From the NCBI RefSeq assembly GCF_018977255.1, contig NW_024704742.1, positions 117,430,001 through 117,494,000 of the forward strand: a stretch of DNA of 64,000 bases, in the 5' to 3' direction. The translations under genes were made by a program, and so were the position numbers. Each line of letters begins with the position of its first letter. Position 1 is the stretch's first letter. Source of the stretch: Callorhinchus milii (lineage: Eukaryota). Shown piece by piece: positions 24,700-37,722 of the stretch. The notes below the pieces were generated by a model. It ran no database searches, was not told the origin of the DNA, and saw only the letters and a list, made by a program, of their open reading frames with translations.

Positions 24700-25168
24700 T
24701 GTAAACGTTACCACATTGATGATCTATTGCGTCACTGGGGAGCAGCTGCAGCTCAGGCACCTGTCAATCAATAGGCTGAGGGCGCGGGAAGCTGCAGATG
24801 GATCAATCCATTGTCCAGGAAACCGGCCCCGCCCCCCCCCGCGCCCAGTGAGCTACTTCTAGCGCGTGGGGCGGGGGGGGAGGAGTTACACTGCAGGTGC
24901 TCAGCTGTCAATCATTAGCTTCCGGGCTGCCATCCCCGCCGTGTGTGGAGGGGCTGAGCGGCCAGTGAATGGGTTGTCCAGGTAACAGGTCCCGCCCACT
25001 TACCTGGGACGTATATATAGGTGGAGGCCACTCGCGGCGCAAACAGTCAGAGACGGTCGCAACACCTGAAGCAGCGGAGTCACAGATCAGTCGGTCACAG
25101 CGGCTTTACTACTACTACTACAACAACAACAGCAGTGAGATAAGCGGCGTTGGCCCCGGGCTGAGGCG
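24700..25168 (+). promoter_or_regulatory. PAR2 CpG-island promoter: GC boxes, two CTGTCAATCA (Pbx-Meis/Prep decamer, reverse strand) sites, TATA-like gtatatatag at 25011-25020
   Basis: Motifs read directly: ctgtcaatca 24761-24770 and 24905-24914; cccgccc near 24828 and 24991; ggggcgggg near 24867. Confidence 0.6.
25107..25135. repeat. Compound (TAC)n(AAC)n repeat in PAR2 5'UTR
   Basis: Seen directly. Confidence 0.85.
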
Positions 25169-25229
25169 ATGGCTGCCCTGGTGTGTGGTGTGTCCGTGCT
25201 GTTGGGGGTGATTCCCGGCTGTGTTACAG
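25169..25229 (+). CDS. F2RL1: PAR2 coding exon 1 (signal peptide MAALVCGVSVLLGVIPGCVT)
   Basis: gcgATGG Kozak-like context, hydrophobic peptide, donor CAG|gttagt, phase 1. Confidence 0.78.
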
Positions 25230-26856
25230 GTTAGTTCACGCGGGGGTCGTGTCGGGGGGCGCTCTCTCTCACCTCTCGGCCCCTGTCTCCCCCCCACCCC
25301 CCCCCCCGGTTTGCGTGCGGTTGGAGTAGGCGCGGTGGGCAAACAGGTTCGTCGACGAAGCGCTGCGAATGCGAAAGGTAACGCCGGGGGCCACGGACAG
25401 AGAGGCCCTCCTCCCCGAGGAATAAAAGGTGGGGCCACGAGGAGGGGTTGGGAAGGTGTTGCTCGGGGGCTGCCTGGACTTTTGATCCGATAATAAAGCT
25501 TTCACTGAGGCCTGGACTTACCTTCTCGCCTGGGTTTTGAGGAAGTTTTTGAGGAAGTTTTCGGGGAGCAGCTTCCCCCCTCCCCCCTCTCCCCCCCTCC
25601 GCGGGTGGATTTTTTTGCGTGGTTTCGGTGATCTCACCTCAAGGCAATCTCTGGCCTCGGCCCCCACCGTACCCGCCGCTGCGGGTAAACCAGGACCTGT
25701 GTTTTAACTGAAGAAGTGAACTTTCTCCCTCTCCCCTTCTCTCCCTCTCCCTCTCTCTCTCTCATAGCAACATTCTGAGGTTAGGGTCAACCAAAAGTCT
25801 TGGTTGACCCTTAATCTCAGAAGACCCACAGGAGCAAATTCACTTCGATCTACACTGCCTCTCCAATCCACTTTTCAGTAAATCCAGTCAAGAAAGCGTT
25901 TTTGAGATCCCTCTCTCTCTCTCTCTCTCTCCCTCTTGCTCGATGATGTGGTTATTTATGGGTTAAATAAATGAGCTTTCTACAGCACTTGCCCCATTAT
26001 CTGCTCTTTAATTACAGTTGAGTTTATTGATGTCCATAAATCTGAGGTAATGTCCAAAATTCTGTAGTGTGCTGCCAAATGGTTAAGTCCAGTAAACGCA
26101 TTCAGATGATGGCCTTTGCTATCTACCTCTGTAAAGCATAATAGAGAAGTTTGCAGGGAATGAACGCCTATTATCTATTATTTGATCACTTAAAGAGAAG
26201 ATAGTACTTGGGACTCTAAAGCTGCGATGTTCCCTGACTCGCACTGGTTTCCCTAGCTCCACCATTCACAAGCCGGGCGATGTTGCATAGGTGGGGAAAG
26301 GCAGAGTGGGTCACGGCGTTGATGTGCAGTAGAAAGGATAGTTGAGGGTCAAACAAGATTCCAAGGCTCCGGACTGGCTCAGTGAGGTGGGGTGTGCATC
26401 CTTGGACGGTGATGCTGTCAGGCTTGAGGTGTGGCGGTGCTGACACGAATCAGTCGGGGGGGGGGCCTCGGTCTTGTTGACCTTCAACTGTGGAAAGTTA
26501 GCTCTCATCCAAGACTTGATGTATACTACGCACAATAGAGCTTGCAATACAATTTACTTAGTGCCTTTCACATCTGGAGGACATCTCAAAGTGCTTTCAA
26601 ACAAAACTGATTTCATGCAATGCTTGTGCATTAACTTTCATCGCATTGCATGTCTTGTGCTTTTAGTATTTTACCCTGTACAGCTGTACCTTTTTGATGG
26701 CTAATATTTTTCTGTAAATTCTTGGGTTAAATTGAACTGAGGTTACATCAAGATTGTCCTAGAAACTAATTAGCAAATGTAAAGTGGTATGTATGTAAGA
26801 TGACATAAGTGCACTTGTAAACCTATTTTTCCCTCCCTTCTTCTTTGATCCACCAG

Positions 26857-27935
26857 CTGGTCGAAGCTTTGCTGGCGAAACTGTTGATAATAGCTCTGAC
26901 TTGAAGGTTGACGACTTTGCTAAGGACGTACTCACCGGTGGATTGACTACAGTCTTCTTGCCGTTGGTCTACATTATTGTGTTTATCATTGGTTTGCCCA
27001 CAAACTCAATAGCATTGTGGGTCTTTGGCTACCGAACCAAAAAGAAACATCCGGCAACTATCTACATGGCCAATTTGGCATTGGCAGATCTTTTGTTTAT
27101 CTTTTGGTTCCCTTTGAAGATTGCATATCATGTGAATGGCAATAATTGGATTTTTGGAGAAGGCTTATGCAGAGTGCTTGTGTCTTTCTACTATGGGAAC
27201 ATGTACTGCTCAATTCTCTTCATGACCTCCCTTAGTGTGCAAAGGTACTGGGTCATTGTAGATCCAATATCTCAATCTAAGAAAAAGACTACAATTGCTT
27301 ATGCTGTTTCCATTTCTATTTGGATACTAATTGTATTGGGTACTATGCCATTGTATCTAACTACTCAAACTGCATACATCACTAACCTTGATATAACCAC
27401 CTGCCATGATGTCCTACCTGAATTGAAATTGTCTTCCACTATGTTTGATTACTTTACATCTTTGGCTATTGGTCTGTTCTTTTTTCCTGCAGTTTTGACC
27501 GTGATTGTATATGTACTCATGATCATGACACTGAAAGCTTCTTGTACTGAAGCGAACATTGGGAAAAGCCGTAGACGAGCAATTGAATTGATAATTACTG
27601 TTCTTATAATGTATTTAGTTTGCTTTACACCCAGCAATATAGTGCTTGTAGTTCACTATTATATGATAAAATTCTATGGCGTCAGCAATGTTTATGCTTT
27701 CTACATTGTGGCTCTTTGCCTCTCTAGCATCAACAGTTGCATTGATCCCTTTGTCTATTATTTTGTATCTAAAGACTTCAGAGACCATGTTAAAAATACA
27801 ATGATGTGTCGTAGTGTGAGGGCAGCAGAAAGGATAAGAGCTTCATTCACATCCATGAAAAATTCCAAAAAGTCTAATATTTACAGATCTACAAGAACTA
27901 CTAGTTCCACTGCTACGAGTAACACAAATTATTGA
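26857..27935 (+). CDS. F2RL1: Proteinase-activated receptor 2, coding exon 2 (spliced product about 379 aa)
   Basis: Pyrimidine tract + caccag| acceptor; GR/SFAGET cleavage site; PAR2-diagnostic SVQRYWVIV, LTTVFLP, TTCHDVLPE, CIDPFVYYFVSKDFRDHVKN; Ser/Thr-rich tail. Confidence 0.92.
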
Positions 27936-28944
27936 ATCTTTTGAGCAATATTGCTTTTGTGGGACTTATTTCAGTTTGCTTTTTTTAGAAGCAAGTTGGA
28001 TATTTATACTTGATATTCAATGAATATTTTGGATTACTGTACTCTATTTCCTTCTGCAATGATTTGTTAGTTGTCCTTTTCTGAGTTTAAAGGTGGATAT
28101 TTTTGTTTCACAATTGAAGCTCAGAAACCACCTTCTAGATAAATTTGGCCTTTTTTATATATTTAAAGAAAAACTACCAAGCATTATAAACTGTGGGGAG
28201 TTCACACACGGCACTACATTGCTACCGTTCTTGTACTATTACATTATTTCTATTCTTGAGATTCATGTACAGTAATCAAAATAAGACTGATCTCATTTTA
28301 AGGTTAATGAAAAGTGTCTTAAATGAGTTGTTGCTTCTTTAGGTATTGGCCTGGAGCACCAAACAGTTTGTTTTGCTGTTTTAAATTTTATTTTTCATGA
28401 TTAACTGACAAATGTATTTGTACAATTACCTTTTTAATATGCTTTTGTTTACTTGCATTTAAAATGATATTTTATAGTTGTCTGAGCTATATACAATAAC
28501 TGGGAAATGTGTTTTTTGTGATAATGTACTGCATTTAAAGGTTGTGGGTGTGGGGGGGGGGCACTGAACATATTTGTTCATGGCCTTTACTAATATTTCA
28601 GCTGTAGCATCGAAGTGAAATTGTTCTAAAAACAATTTAGAGAATATCCAAAGATGTTGATTTCCCCAAAAATAGCTATAAATTAACTGTATTGCAATTC
28701 AGTCACTTAACCAAATTTGTAACCTGAATGTTTCCAAAATATAATTTGATTTAACCTGTTCACATTGGAGCCTAACTTGTTCTCTTGGTTTTATGGAAAC
28801 TATTAGAAATGAATCTAGAAATTATACATTTTGAGTAGTAGGTATATGCAATTGAATAATCTGCTAGATCCCTCATAATTCAAGTTATATAGCCTTGAAC
28901 TATTGTGTATATAAGCATTATTTAAGAATATAATATTGTTTTTG

Positions 28945-28964
28945 AATAAATCTTTGAAAATAAA
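28945..28964 (+). terminator. Candidate PAR2 polyadenylation signals
   Basis: Two AATAAA (28945-28950, 28959-28964) followed by U-rich sequence. Confidence 0.45.
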
Positions 28965-31900
28965 ATGGATTTTTTCTGCATTTATGTATGCTGAAATGTT
29001 GATAATTTCCTATGGACTATCATACCTCTGAGTTTCAACTTTTAATTTTTGGTATTGTTAAGACTGCTGCATGAGTTGCCTTCACCAACAGCAAGTCTCT
29101 TGTTCTAAGCTTATCTAATATCAGATGCTGCATCTTTTCATTGGAGCTACTAGCTGTGGAGAGGAATGTCTGTCTCTTAAGGGTTTACAGTCAGTTTGTG
29201 CTGTCCTAACTTGAAATGATGAGAGAGCATTCTCTTAATAAAAGCACATGTTTTTAAACTTCCAACTAGGATAGATGAGCTCCAGAAATCATACCATGGA
29301 TTGGGAAAATGTGACTTTCTAATTATCGTGAATTATTAAGAAATCAAGATTGCCGTGCCCTTAATTCACTTCCTTGGTGTATAGCACCGCATTTGTTAAG
29401 TAAAAGTTTTGAGACTGGAAGAGTGACTACTTCTGAGAGGATTGTGTGTGCTTGTAAGTAATGAGCCTTTTTTTGTGTGTAAAAATTGCTTTAGAGATAG
29501 CCATTTAAAATACTGGCTCAGTAGGGACTTTGATAGATTGGATAAATGCAGTCTAACCTAGATTCCCTGTGTCTGCATTACAAAAAACATTCAGGAGCTC
29601 TTTACAGAATAAAAAAAATGAATGGACCATGTGAATATTATGAAGGCAAACAACCCAGCTAGCAAACTCCTAACCCCGATAAACAATGGCTAGTACTAAG
29701 TGATTTAACATTTTGTTGTGAGAGGGAGGTATATTGTAAGCAAAGCCGACATTGCTTTTTGGAGTAATAAGGATAATTGCATTTGTAAATCCTTCAAATG
29801 TTTCTGTCTTCAGAAATAAAAGCAAAACAAAAACTCAAATGATGTCCAAAGTCTTTTAGTGGAACCAAAAGTCAATTGAAAGTTAGTAAAAAGTACGAAG
29901 TGTTTATATTCTGTATCTTGACGCATCTTATTAGTTTCACATGTGTTCTCACTGAAACTAAATTGTATGGTTGACTATCAATGAAATATGTATTCTATTA
30001 TTAACTGTAGTGAGTCAGGATTCAGTCTGACTCGTGATTTTCACTAGGCATTATATCATACTGTATTAGTCACTCAAATGCTAAATAGCATTGAATACTT
30101 GTACTGTCATGTTCTTAGAACGCTGCATACTTGCAAATTAGATTGTTAACTAGTTACTGCCAAAATGGGAAGCATAGAAAACTTTCTTTAGAATAATAGG
30201 ATGGGGTCAGAGAGAATGATCCTGATCTTATGATGGTTATCAAGTCAGTCAATGTGGAGAGGGCAGATTCTGCTGTGTGTGACAAAAGTGGTCTCATTTG
30301 CCATGTTCTATTTAAGACTGAAATTTCAATCTGACTTCTGAAGAAAGTTTCATTCTGCATTCATTTTTACAGAACTCTTATGTAAAAACTTTATGCAATT
30401 GCTGTCAAGAGAAGTAATTTGCTTGATTGGCAAATCTGTCAATGGAACATATCAGCTTCAAGGTTCTCATAAAGAACATGCCCTACATCACTTCCTATCT
30501 CTCTAATCTACTTATACCCCACTCCTCTATTCACCCCCTGCACTCGGCTAACATAATCTGCTGTGAATCCACCACCCGCTCCATTCCACCATTGGTGGCC
30601 AAGCTTTCAATTACTGCAACTTCCATTTATAGAGCACCTTTCACACAGGATAAAATGTTTAGGAGCTCTGCCCTAACCTCTGGAACTCCTTGCCTGTATC
30701 CCTCTGCCACTCCCTTTTAATCTGTTTTAAGTTTCACCATAAAATCTACCTCTTTGACCACAGCTATGGACAACTCCCCCTTCTTCCTTGCTCAGAATCC
30801 AATCCCACCACTGTGAAATGTTCAGAGAGCCTTCCCCCACCCCCCCATAATTCTTCACTTCATGCTCTGTGTCAAAACATATTATTTATTATCTTCGATC
30901 TATCCATTTCTAGGGTGCTGGATGGGTCATAAACCTCAAGCTCCACTCCTTCCTTTCCCATGTCCTTCTACTCGCCTCTCCAATGCAGCACTGAGACTGT
31001 TGTCAAAGGCACCAAAGACATTCTCTCCATCTGTGACCAGGGATCCATTTGCCTTGTTGTTCTCAAACTATCAGGCATGTTTGATACCTTTACCATACCA
31101 CCTTTCTATGTCTCTCCCTTCTCTGCCTCCATGGCTCCTTTCTTCATTTCACTCTTACCATATTTTCACAGTCATATGGGAGTTACTCAGGGCTATATCT
31201 TACACCCTCTTCACCATCTATTATGTTTCCTCCTTGGTAACCATCTGTAGGTATAGAGTTCACTTCGACATGCAGATGATTGATACCCAACTCTACCTTT
31301 CTGCCTGTATTCTGTATTTCCTATTCTAGGAAAAGGCACAGAGACTGATTATTTGTCTATTTTGACTTAATGGAATGATCAAACAAGAGAGTGATCAAAC
31401 CTTGTATTAGAGGCATTTTTCAGTTTGTAACATCTGTTCACTTACAGTATTGGGGTGAGGCATGTCATAATGTCAGAGGTGTGGTCCTTCAGGTGAAGTG
31501 TAAAACCAAGGTCCTTTCTGTCTTTAAAGATACATGATGCTATATCAAAAGAGAACATTACTCCCCATGTCCTAATCAAGTGGCCTATTTTTTTTTCATT
31601 TATTTCATGGTGTTGTTAGTGAGACTTTGTTAACACACAAAATGGCTGCTGTTTTTGCCTGCAAAGATACATGTGACAATAATTACTGTAAAGCATTTTG
31701 AAACGTGTTCATGTTATAGGTACTATATAATGTTCTTCCTATATGAATTCAGCCACAGAGCCCAGTGAGCAAATAATGGTCAATGGAGCAGAACAAGTTT
31801 AATTGTTTCATCAAATGTTCCATTTTTTAAAAAAACATTGCCATTTTAAAAAAAATTCTCTCCACTGACATAGTCCTCTGTCTCTGGTCAGGTGTCCTCT

Positions 31901-32042
31901 CACTACAGTGCTGTTCCAAGGGCACTGGTTGCCCTTTGGTATCCTGCCAAGTAGCATTGTTTGTGTGTGGCAGTGAGCCTTGGCAGTGAGTCTTGGCAGG
32001 ACATTTGACTGTAGAAGACAATCCTGCAGATTAATTGGTCAG

Positions 32043-32237
32043 TCACTTGATGACTGCTTGTTGGGATTTGTTGGTGCAAATATTTTGCACATAATCAACA
32101 AAAACTTGAACGTTTAGATTGTGAATATGCTTTGCTGCGATAAGGAGACATGATCTTTCCCCAGAATAAACAAATGAGCACTGATGTATTCTCAGGGCAT
32201 AGTTTTGAATGAGTTTATGCTCGATCATCTTATTTCT
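32043..32237 (-). CDS. Candidate terminal coding exon (RNKMIEHKLIQNYALRIHQCSF...QAVIK stop)
   Basis: Acceptor aattatattag, in frame with ORF 32043..32228. Confidence 0.35.
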   Translation of the reverse strand, partial: RNKMIEHKLIQNYALRIHQCSFVYSGERSCLLIAAKHIHNLNVQVFVDYVQNICTNKSQQAVIK

Positions 32238-32313
32238 CTAATATAATTAACCTCTGAAGATTTATCTACATTCAGCTGACACTGAGCTGGAGAATAAAAG
32301 AAAATGAATTTAC

Positions 32314-32381
32314 CTCCCACAGACATCCCATGGGTTTGGCAGAGAAATCATGTCTCCATTTGTTCCATTTTTCACAATCTC
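32314..32381 (-). CDS. Candidate exon (DCEKWNKWRHDFSAKPMGCLWE), phase 1 to 0
   Basis: Donor GAG|gtaaat; weak acceptor (tattttatgaag); two frames open. Confidence 0.35.
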
Positions 32382-32600
32382 CTTCATAAAATATAATACA
32401 GTAAACCCCCATCCCTGGTATCCAGAATCTACACTTAGTTGGGCTAAAATGTCTGCAACTAAATTTTGGATTTGGGCAACGCAGCCACAGAATGTTTTTC
32501 CTGTCCACCGGATTTTTTTCGTGCATATCATAAACGCGGTGCTGGTAAATGCTGGTATCGGCATTGTAATTATACTTAGCCGGCTCACAGGATCGGATCT

Positions 32601-34191
32601 GGAGTCCTGTAGCTCAGTGGTTAGAGCACTTGCCTTGCAAGCGAGACACCTGAGTTCAATTCCAGGCAGGGCGAAACCTTGGGCAAGTTTCTGTACTCCA
32701 CACAGAGCCTAATAATAATCCCTCCAAAACAAAACAATAATAAATTAATCATTTTCAATCCACGACTGTTTGTGGGACGCTGCTGTGCGCAATTGGCTGC
32801 CGCTTCTCTCCCACAAATAAACAGTCAATTCACTTTAGAGTATATTCTGTGAAGCGCTTTGAGACGTCTAGAAGACTTGAAAAGTGCTATATCAAATGCA
32901 AGGATTATTATATTGTGTCTCTCCCCTACTCCACTTAGTCTGGCATCCCAGGGTTTATCTGTAATATATAGAATCATAGAAATTACAGCACAGTTGGAGG
33001 CCATTTGTCCTTGTATTTTAAGATCCTCAACTTTATCTTAAAATGCTTTCTCTTCCTCTCCAATATCACAAAATATAATCACTCCGCTTTACAATATATC
33101 CTGTGAAGCGCTTTGAGATGTTTTGAAGCCGTGATAAGCCTCTATATCAAATGCAAGGATTTTTATTATCCCCCAATGTCCACTCTTCACCCCCATGCCA
33201 CATTCGATCACGAAGTCCTGTAGCTCAGTGGTTAGAGCACTCGCTTTGCAAGCGAGAGACCTGAGTTCAATTCCAGGCAGGGCAAAACCTTGGGCAAGTT
33301 TCCTTACTTCACACGTCTAATAATAATCCCTCCAAAACAAAAAACAATAATAAATTGGTCATTTTCAATCCACGACTTTGTGGGACACTGCCGTGTGCAA
33401 TTGGCTGCCGCGTTTCGTCCACAAATATACAGTCAATTCACTTTACAGTGTGTTTTGTGAAACGCTTTGGGACGTCCTCCCGACGTGAAAAGCGCTATAT
33501 CAAATGCAAGGGTTATTATTATTATAAAACATAGTCACTACATTGAACAGTATATTCTGTGAAACACGTTGAAACGTCATCCTGACATGAAAGGCGTATT
33601 AAGGATTATTATTATCCCCTTTATTATTATTATCCCCTTCCCTCCACCTTCCTCCATTTGTTTCAATGTTATGCTTAGAACATATGGGAACTTTCCTCCC
33701 TGTCACTATTTGCCTGCTATGACAGATGCCTGGTGCCATCTACTGGTTTCTTTTCCATTGCACTAAGTATAAGCTTAGTTTTTAATGGACAAAGGGTATG
33801 AGATTATTTGATGCAATTAATTTTAACCTGGAGTACAAGTTAATTTTTTTAATTGCAGTTTTGGAGTCCTGTAGCTCAGTGGTTAGAGCACTCGCTTTGC
33901 AAGTGAGAGACCTGAGTTCAATTCCAGGCAGAGGGCGAAACCTTGGGCAAGTTTCCTTACTCCACACAGAGCCTAATAATAATCCCTCCAAAACAAAAAA
34001 AACAATAATAAATTGGTCATTTTCAATCTACGACTGTTTGTGGGGCATTGCTGTGCGCAATTGGCTGCCGCGTTCGCCCACAAATATACAGTCAATTCAC
34101 TTTACAGTGTGTTCTGTGAAGCGCTTTGGGACGTCCTCCCGACGTGAAAAGCGCTATATCAAATGCAAGGATTATTATTATTATTATTATT
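32601..34191 (+). mobile_element. Cluster of three SINE copies (32601-32910, 33212-33524, 33863-34191) plus orphan tails
   Basis: SINE consensus repeated in the same orientation. Confidence 0.9.
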
Positions 34192-34563
34192 TTAACATTG
34201 TAACAAACACATTTGGTATGGAGAAAATAATATCCACATCCAAATGAAATTGAATCCTATCCCCTCCTACAGGCCACTATTCTTGGCCAGAATTTCCTTT
34301 TTTTAAGTCTATTTATATTGGGGAGCTTTCTACTACTTAGATGACGGACTGTAGGTGTAGTGCAATTTAGTAGGGGTTGTTGACTTGTGCCTGTTTAAGT
34401 CACTGGTAACTGTTTAACTCTAGGATTTGGAGGGTTTGTATTTGAGCCCAAATTCTGGTGCTGAGGTTTGTTACCTTCTGGACGGGTAGATTAAGGTTCT
34501 TTTTGGGTGAACCATGAGGATGGAAAGCAAAATTGTTTTCCTTAAGGCTGTTTGTGGACTTAC

Positions 34564-34626
34564 CATATTTATCACTTCTCTCCAGATTGCCTATGGCTAT
34601 CATATTCTGTAATGAAGAAAGATGCC
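34564..34626 (-). CDS. Candidate exon (HLSSLQNMIAIGNLERSDKY), phase 1 to 1
   Basis: Strong acceptor cctctctctgtttttag, consensus donor ATG|gtaagt; only the phase-1 frame is open. Confidence 0.45.
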
Positions 34627-34948
34627 CTAAAAACAGAGAGAGGATTATGCCCTTTTCCTCTTTTCAAATGCAAAAGAATTTGCACAAAACAAATAAAGAA
34701 CACGTGACACTGCTCATGATTTATTACTCTGATCTTGTATTTCTTATTTGACTGGCCAATTACTGTTTACAGTATATTTCTGTGAAGCTCTTTAAGACAT
34801 TTTGAAGACGTGATAAAGTGCTATATCAAATGCAAGGATTATTAACTGTTCACTTCTCTGGAGAATGTAACATGCTGAATTAGGCTATTACTAAAACACA
34901 CACTCACAGTATATCCTGTGAATATAAGAACATAAGAATTGCTAGGCG

Positions 34949-35626
34949 CCTTCACTCGTGTGGATCTAAACTCCTCAGCCTCCTGGGCTCTCCCTCAGAC
35001 GCACCGAACCAGTGCGCAACCTAGGCGTCCGGTTCGACCACCAACTGTCCTTCCTTCCTCCCCCACATTCTGTCCCTGACCAGGACCGCCTTCTTCCACC
35101 TGCACGACACTGCCCGCCTCCGATGGTACCTTACCCCAAATGCAGCTGAAACCCTCGTGTATGCGTTTGTCATCTCCCGCCTGGATTATTTCAACGGACT
35201 CCTTGCCGGTCTCCCCAGCTGTTCTGGTTAGACTTCATTGGCTCCCCATCACCGAACGGATTGACTTCAAGACCTTCATACTCGTGTTCAAATCCGTTTA
35301 CTCTCTGGCACCTTCCTACTTCTCTGACTTCCTCACTCCCCAATCCACCACCTGGCACCTCCGCTCGACTGGCACCGGCCTCCTGCTTGTCCCTCACACC
35401 CTCCACCCCACCATCGGAGGTCATGCTTTCAGCCACCACTCCCCAAAACTGTGGAACACTCCCTCAATCCTTCCGCCGTGACCCCTCCTCTTTCAAGACC
35501 TGCCTGAAAACTTTCCTCTTCGACTGTGCTTACGGCCACCTCCCCCTGGCTTGGAGTCAGGCACTGTTAAGCGCTATGAGACGCTACCCTGCGTGGAGGG
35601 CGCTATATAAGTGCAAGTTGTTGTTG
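34949..35626 (+). mobile_element. L2 3' fragment (second subfamily) inserted in a minus-strand CR1-type 3' tail; TSD TAGGCG
   Basis: LHWLPITERIDFK motif; taggcg at 34943-34948 and 35627-35632. Confidence 0.8.
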
Positions 35627-35839
35627 TAGGCGAAAGAAGATCAAGGTCCATCCAGTTCACCTTCCTGGTAGTCCCCGGGTGGTGGATTGGGGAGTGAGGA
35701 GGTCGGAAAGGTTGGGAGGTGTCAGAGAGTGAATGGATTTGAACACGAGTGTGAGGATCTTGAAGTTGATCAGTTCGGTGATGGGAAGCCAGTGGAGAGT
35801 AAAAGAATTTACGCTTTCTACTCGCTCATTGAAGTAGTG

Positions 35840-37722
35840 GAGAAGAGCAGCGGAGAAGTGAAAAGGGAAATAAGAAGGGCGAAGAGATTGTATGAGAAAA
35901 AAGTAGAGGAAACATAAAAGGTAACCCTAAGGTATTTTATAAGCATATCAAGAATAAAAGGTTAGTCAAACGTAGGGTGGGTCCAATTAGGGACCCAAGT
36001 GGAAATCTTCTTGTTGAGGCTGAGGGCATGGCTGATGTACTAAATAAGTACTTTGCAACTGTCTTCACAAAAGATGCAACCAATGCCACAATATCGCAGG
36101 AATGTGAACAGAAATTGGATGTGATAAAAATCAACAGAGAGGAGGTACTAAAAAGGCTGTCGGTGCTCAACATAGATAAGTCACCTGGTCCGGACGGGAT
36201 GCATCCTAGGTTACTGAGGGAGGCAAGGGTGGAAATAGTGGAGGCTCTGACCACATTCTTTCAATCCTCTTTGGACAATGGAGCGGTGCCAGAGGACTGG
36301 AAGGTTGCAAGTGTTACTCCCCTGTACAAAAAGGGGCAGAAGGATAAACTACAGGCTAATCAGCCTAACATCAGTAGTAGGGAAAATTCTGGAGACTATA
36401 ATCCAAACAATATAAATTCTCACTTAGAAAAATATGGTTTAATAAAGGACAGTCAACACGGATTAGTTAAAGGCAGATCGTGTCTCACAAACTTAATACA
36501 TTTTTTGATGAAGTGACTGAGAGTGGATGAAGGTAGTGCAGTAGATGTAGTTTATCTAGATTTTCAAAAGGCATTTGATAAAGTGCCACATAAGAGACTT
36601 ATAAACAAAGTAGAAGCCCACGATATTAAAGGAACTGTGGCAACATGGATCCAGAACAGGCAAGGAGACAAAAAGCAAAGAGTGATAGTAAACAGTTGCT
36701 TTTCTGACTAGAGGGGATATGTAGTGGTGTCCCTCAGGGCTCGGTATTGGGACTACTGCTCTTTCTGATCTATATTAATGATCTGGACCTGGATGTAGGG
36801 AAAACAATTTCCAAATTTGCAGACGATACTAAGCTAGGAAAAGTACTTATTGATGAGGAGGATAACACCAGACTCCAAGAGGACTTAGACAGATTGGTAA
36901 AATGGGCAGAAAAGTGGCAGATGAGGTGTAATATGGAGAAATGCGAAGTGTTGCATTTTGGTAGGAAGAATGAGGAGAGACAGTATAAGCGAGATGGTAC
37001 AATCTTAAAGGGGGCAAATGAACAGAGAGACCTGGGGGTCTACATAAGAAATCTCTAAAGGTGGCAGAACAGGTAGATAAAGCTGTTAAAAAAGCATACG
37101 GGATACTAGGTTTTATAAACGGGCATAGAATTCAAAAGTTAGGAGGTTATGTTGAATATTTATAAAATGCTGGTTAGGCCTCAGTTGGAGTACTGGTTCA
37201 ATTCTGGGCACCGCACTTTTGGAAAAATGTTAGGGCATTGGAGAGGGTGTAAAGGAGGTTTACCGGGATGGTACCAGGAATGAAGGACCTTAGTTATGAG
37301 GAGAGGTTAGCGAAACTAGGATTATTCTCCTTGGAGCAGAGAAGATTAAGAGGGGATTTAATAGAGGTTTCCAAGATCATGAGAGGATTTGATAGGTTGA
37401 ACCGGGAAAAACTGTTTCCACTGGCATGTGGGTCAGTAACCCGAGGACACCGATTTAAGATAGTTGTTAAAAGAAACAGAGGAGAGGTTAGGAATTTTTT
37501 TTTCACCCAGCGAGTTGTTCGGATCTGGAATGCATTACCTGAAAGGGTAGTGGAAGCCGATTCAATAACAACTTTTAAGAGAGCAGTAGATGGGTATTTG
37601 GGGAGGACTGGATTGCAGAGCTATGGAGAGAAAGTGGGCCAGTGGGATTGAGTTGGATTGCTCTTTTAGGAGCCGATGCAGACACAATCGGCCGAATGGC
37701 CTCTTTCTGTGCTGTATGATTC
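35840..37722 (+). mobile_element. CR1 LINE, 5'-truncated, frameshifted
   Basis: KSPGPDGMHPRLL, YLDFQKAFDKVPH, KFADDTKL, QRVVRIWNALP; CR1 3' end ..tgctgtatgattcta. Confidence 0.92.
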
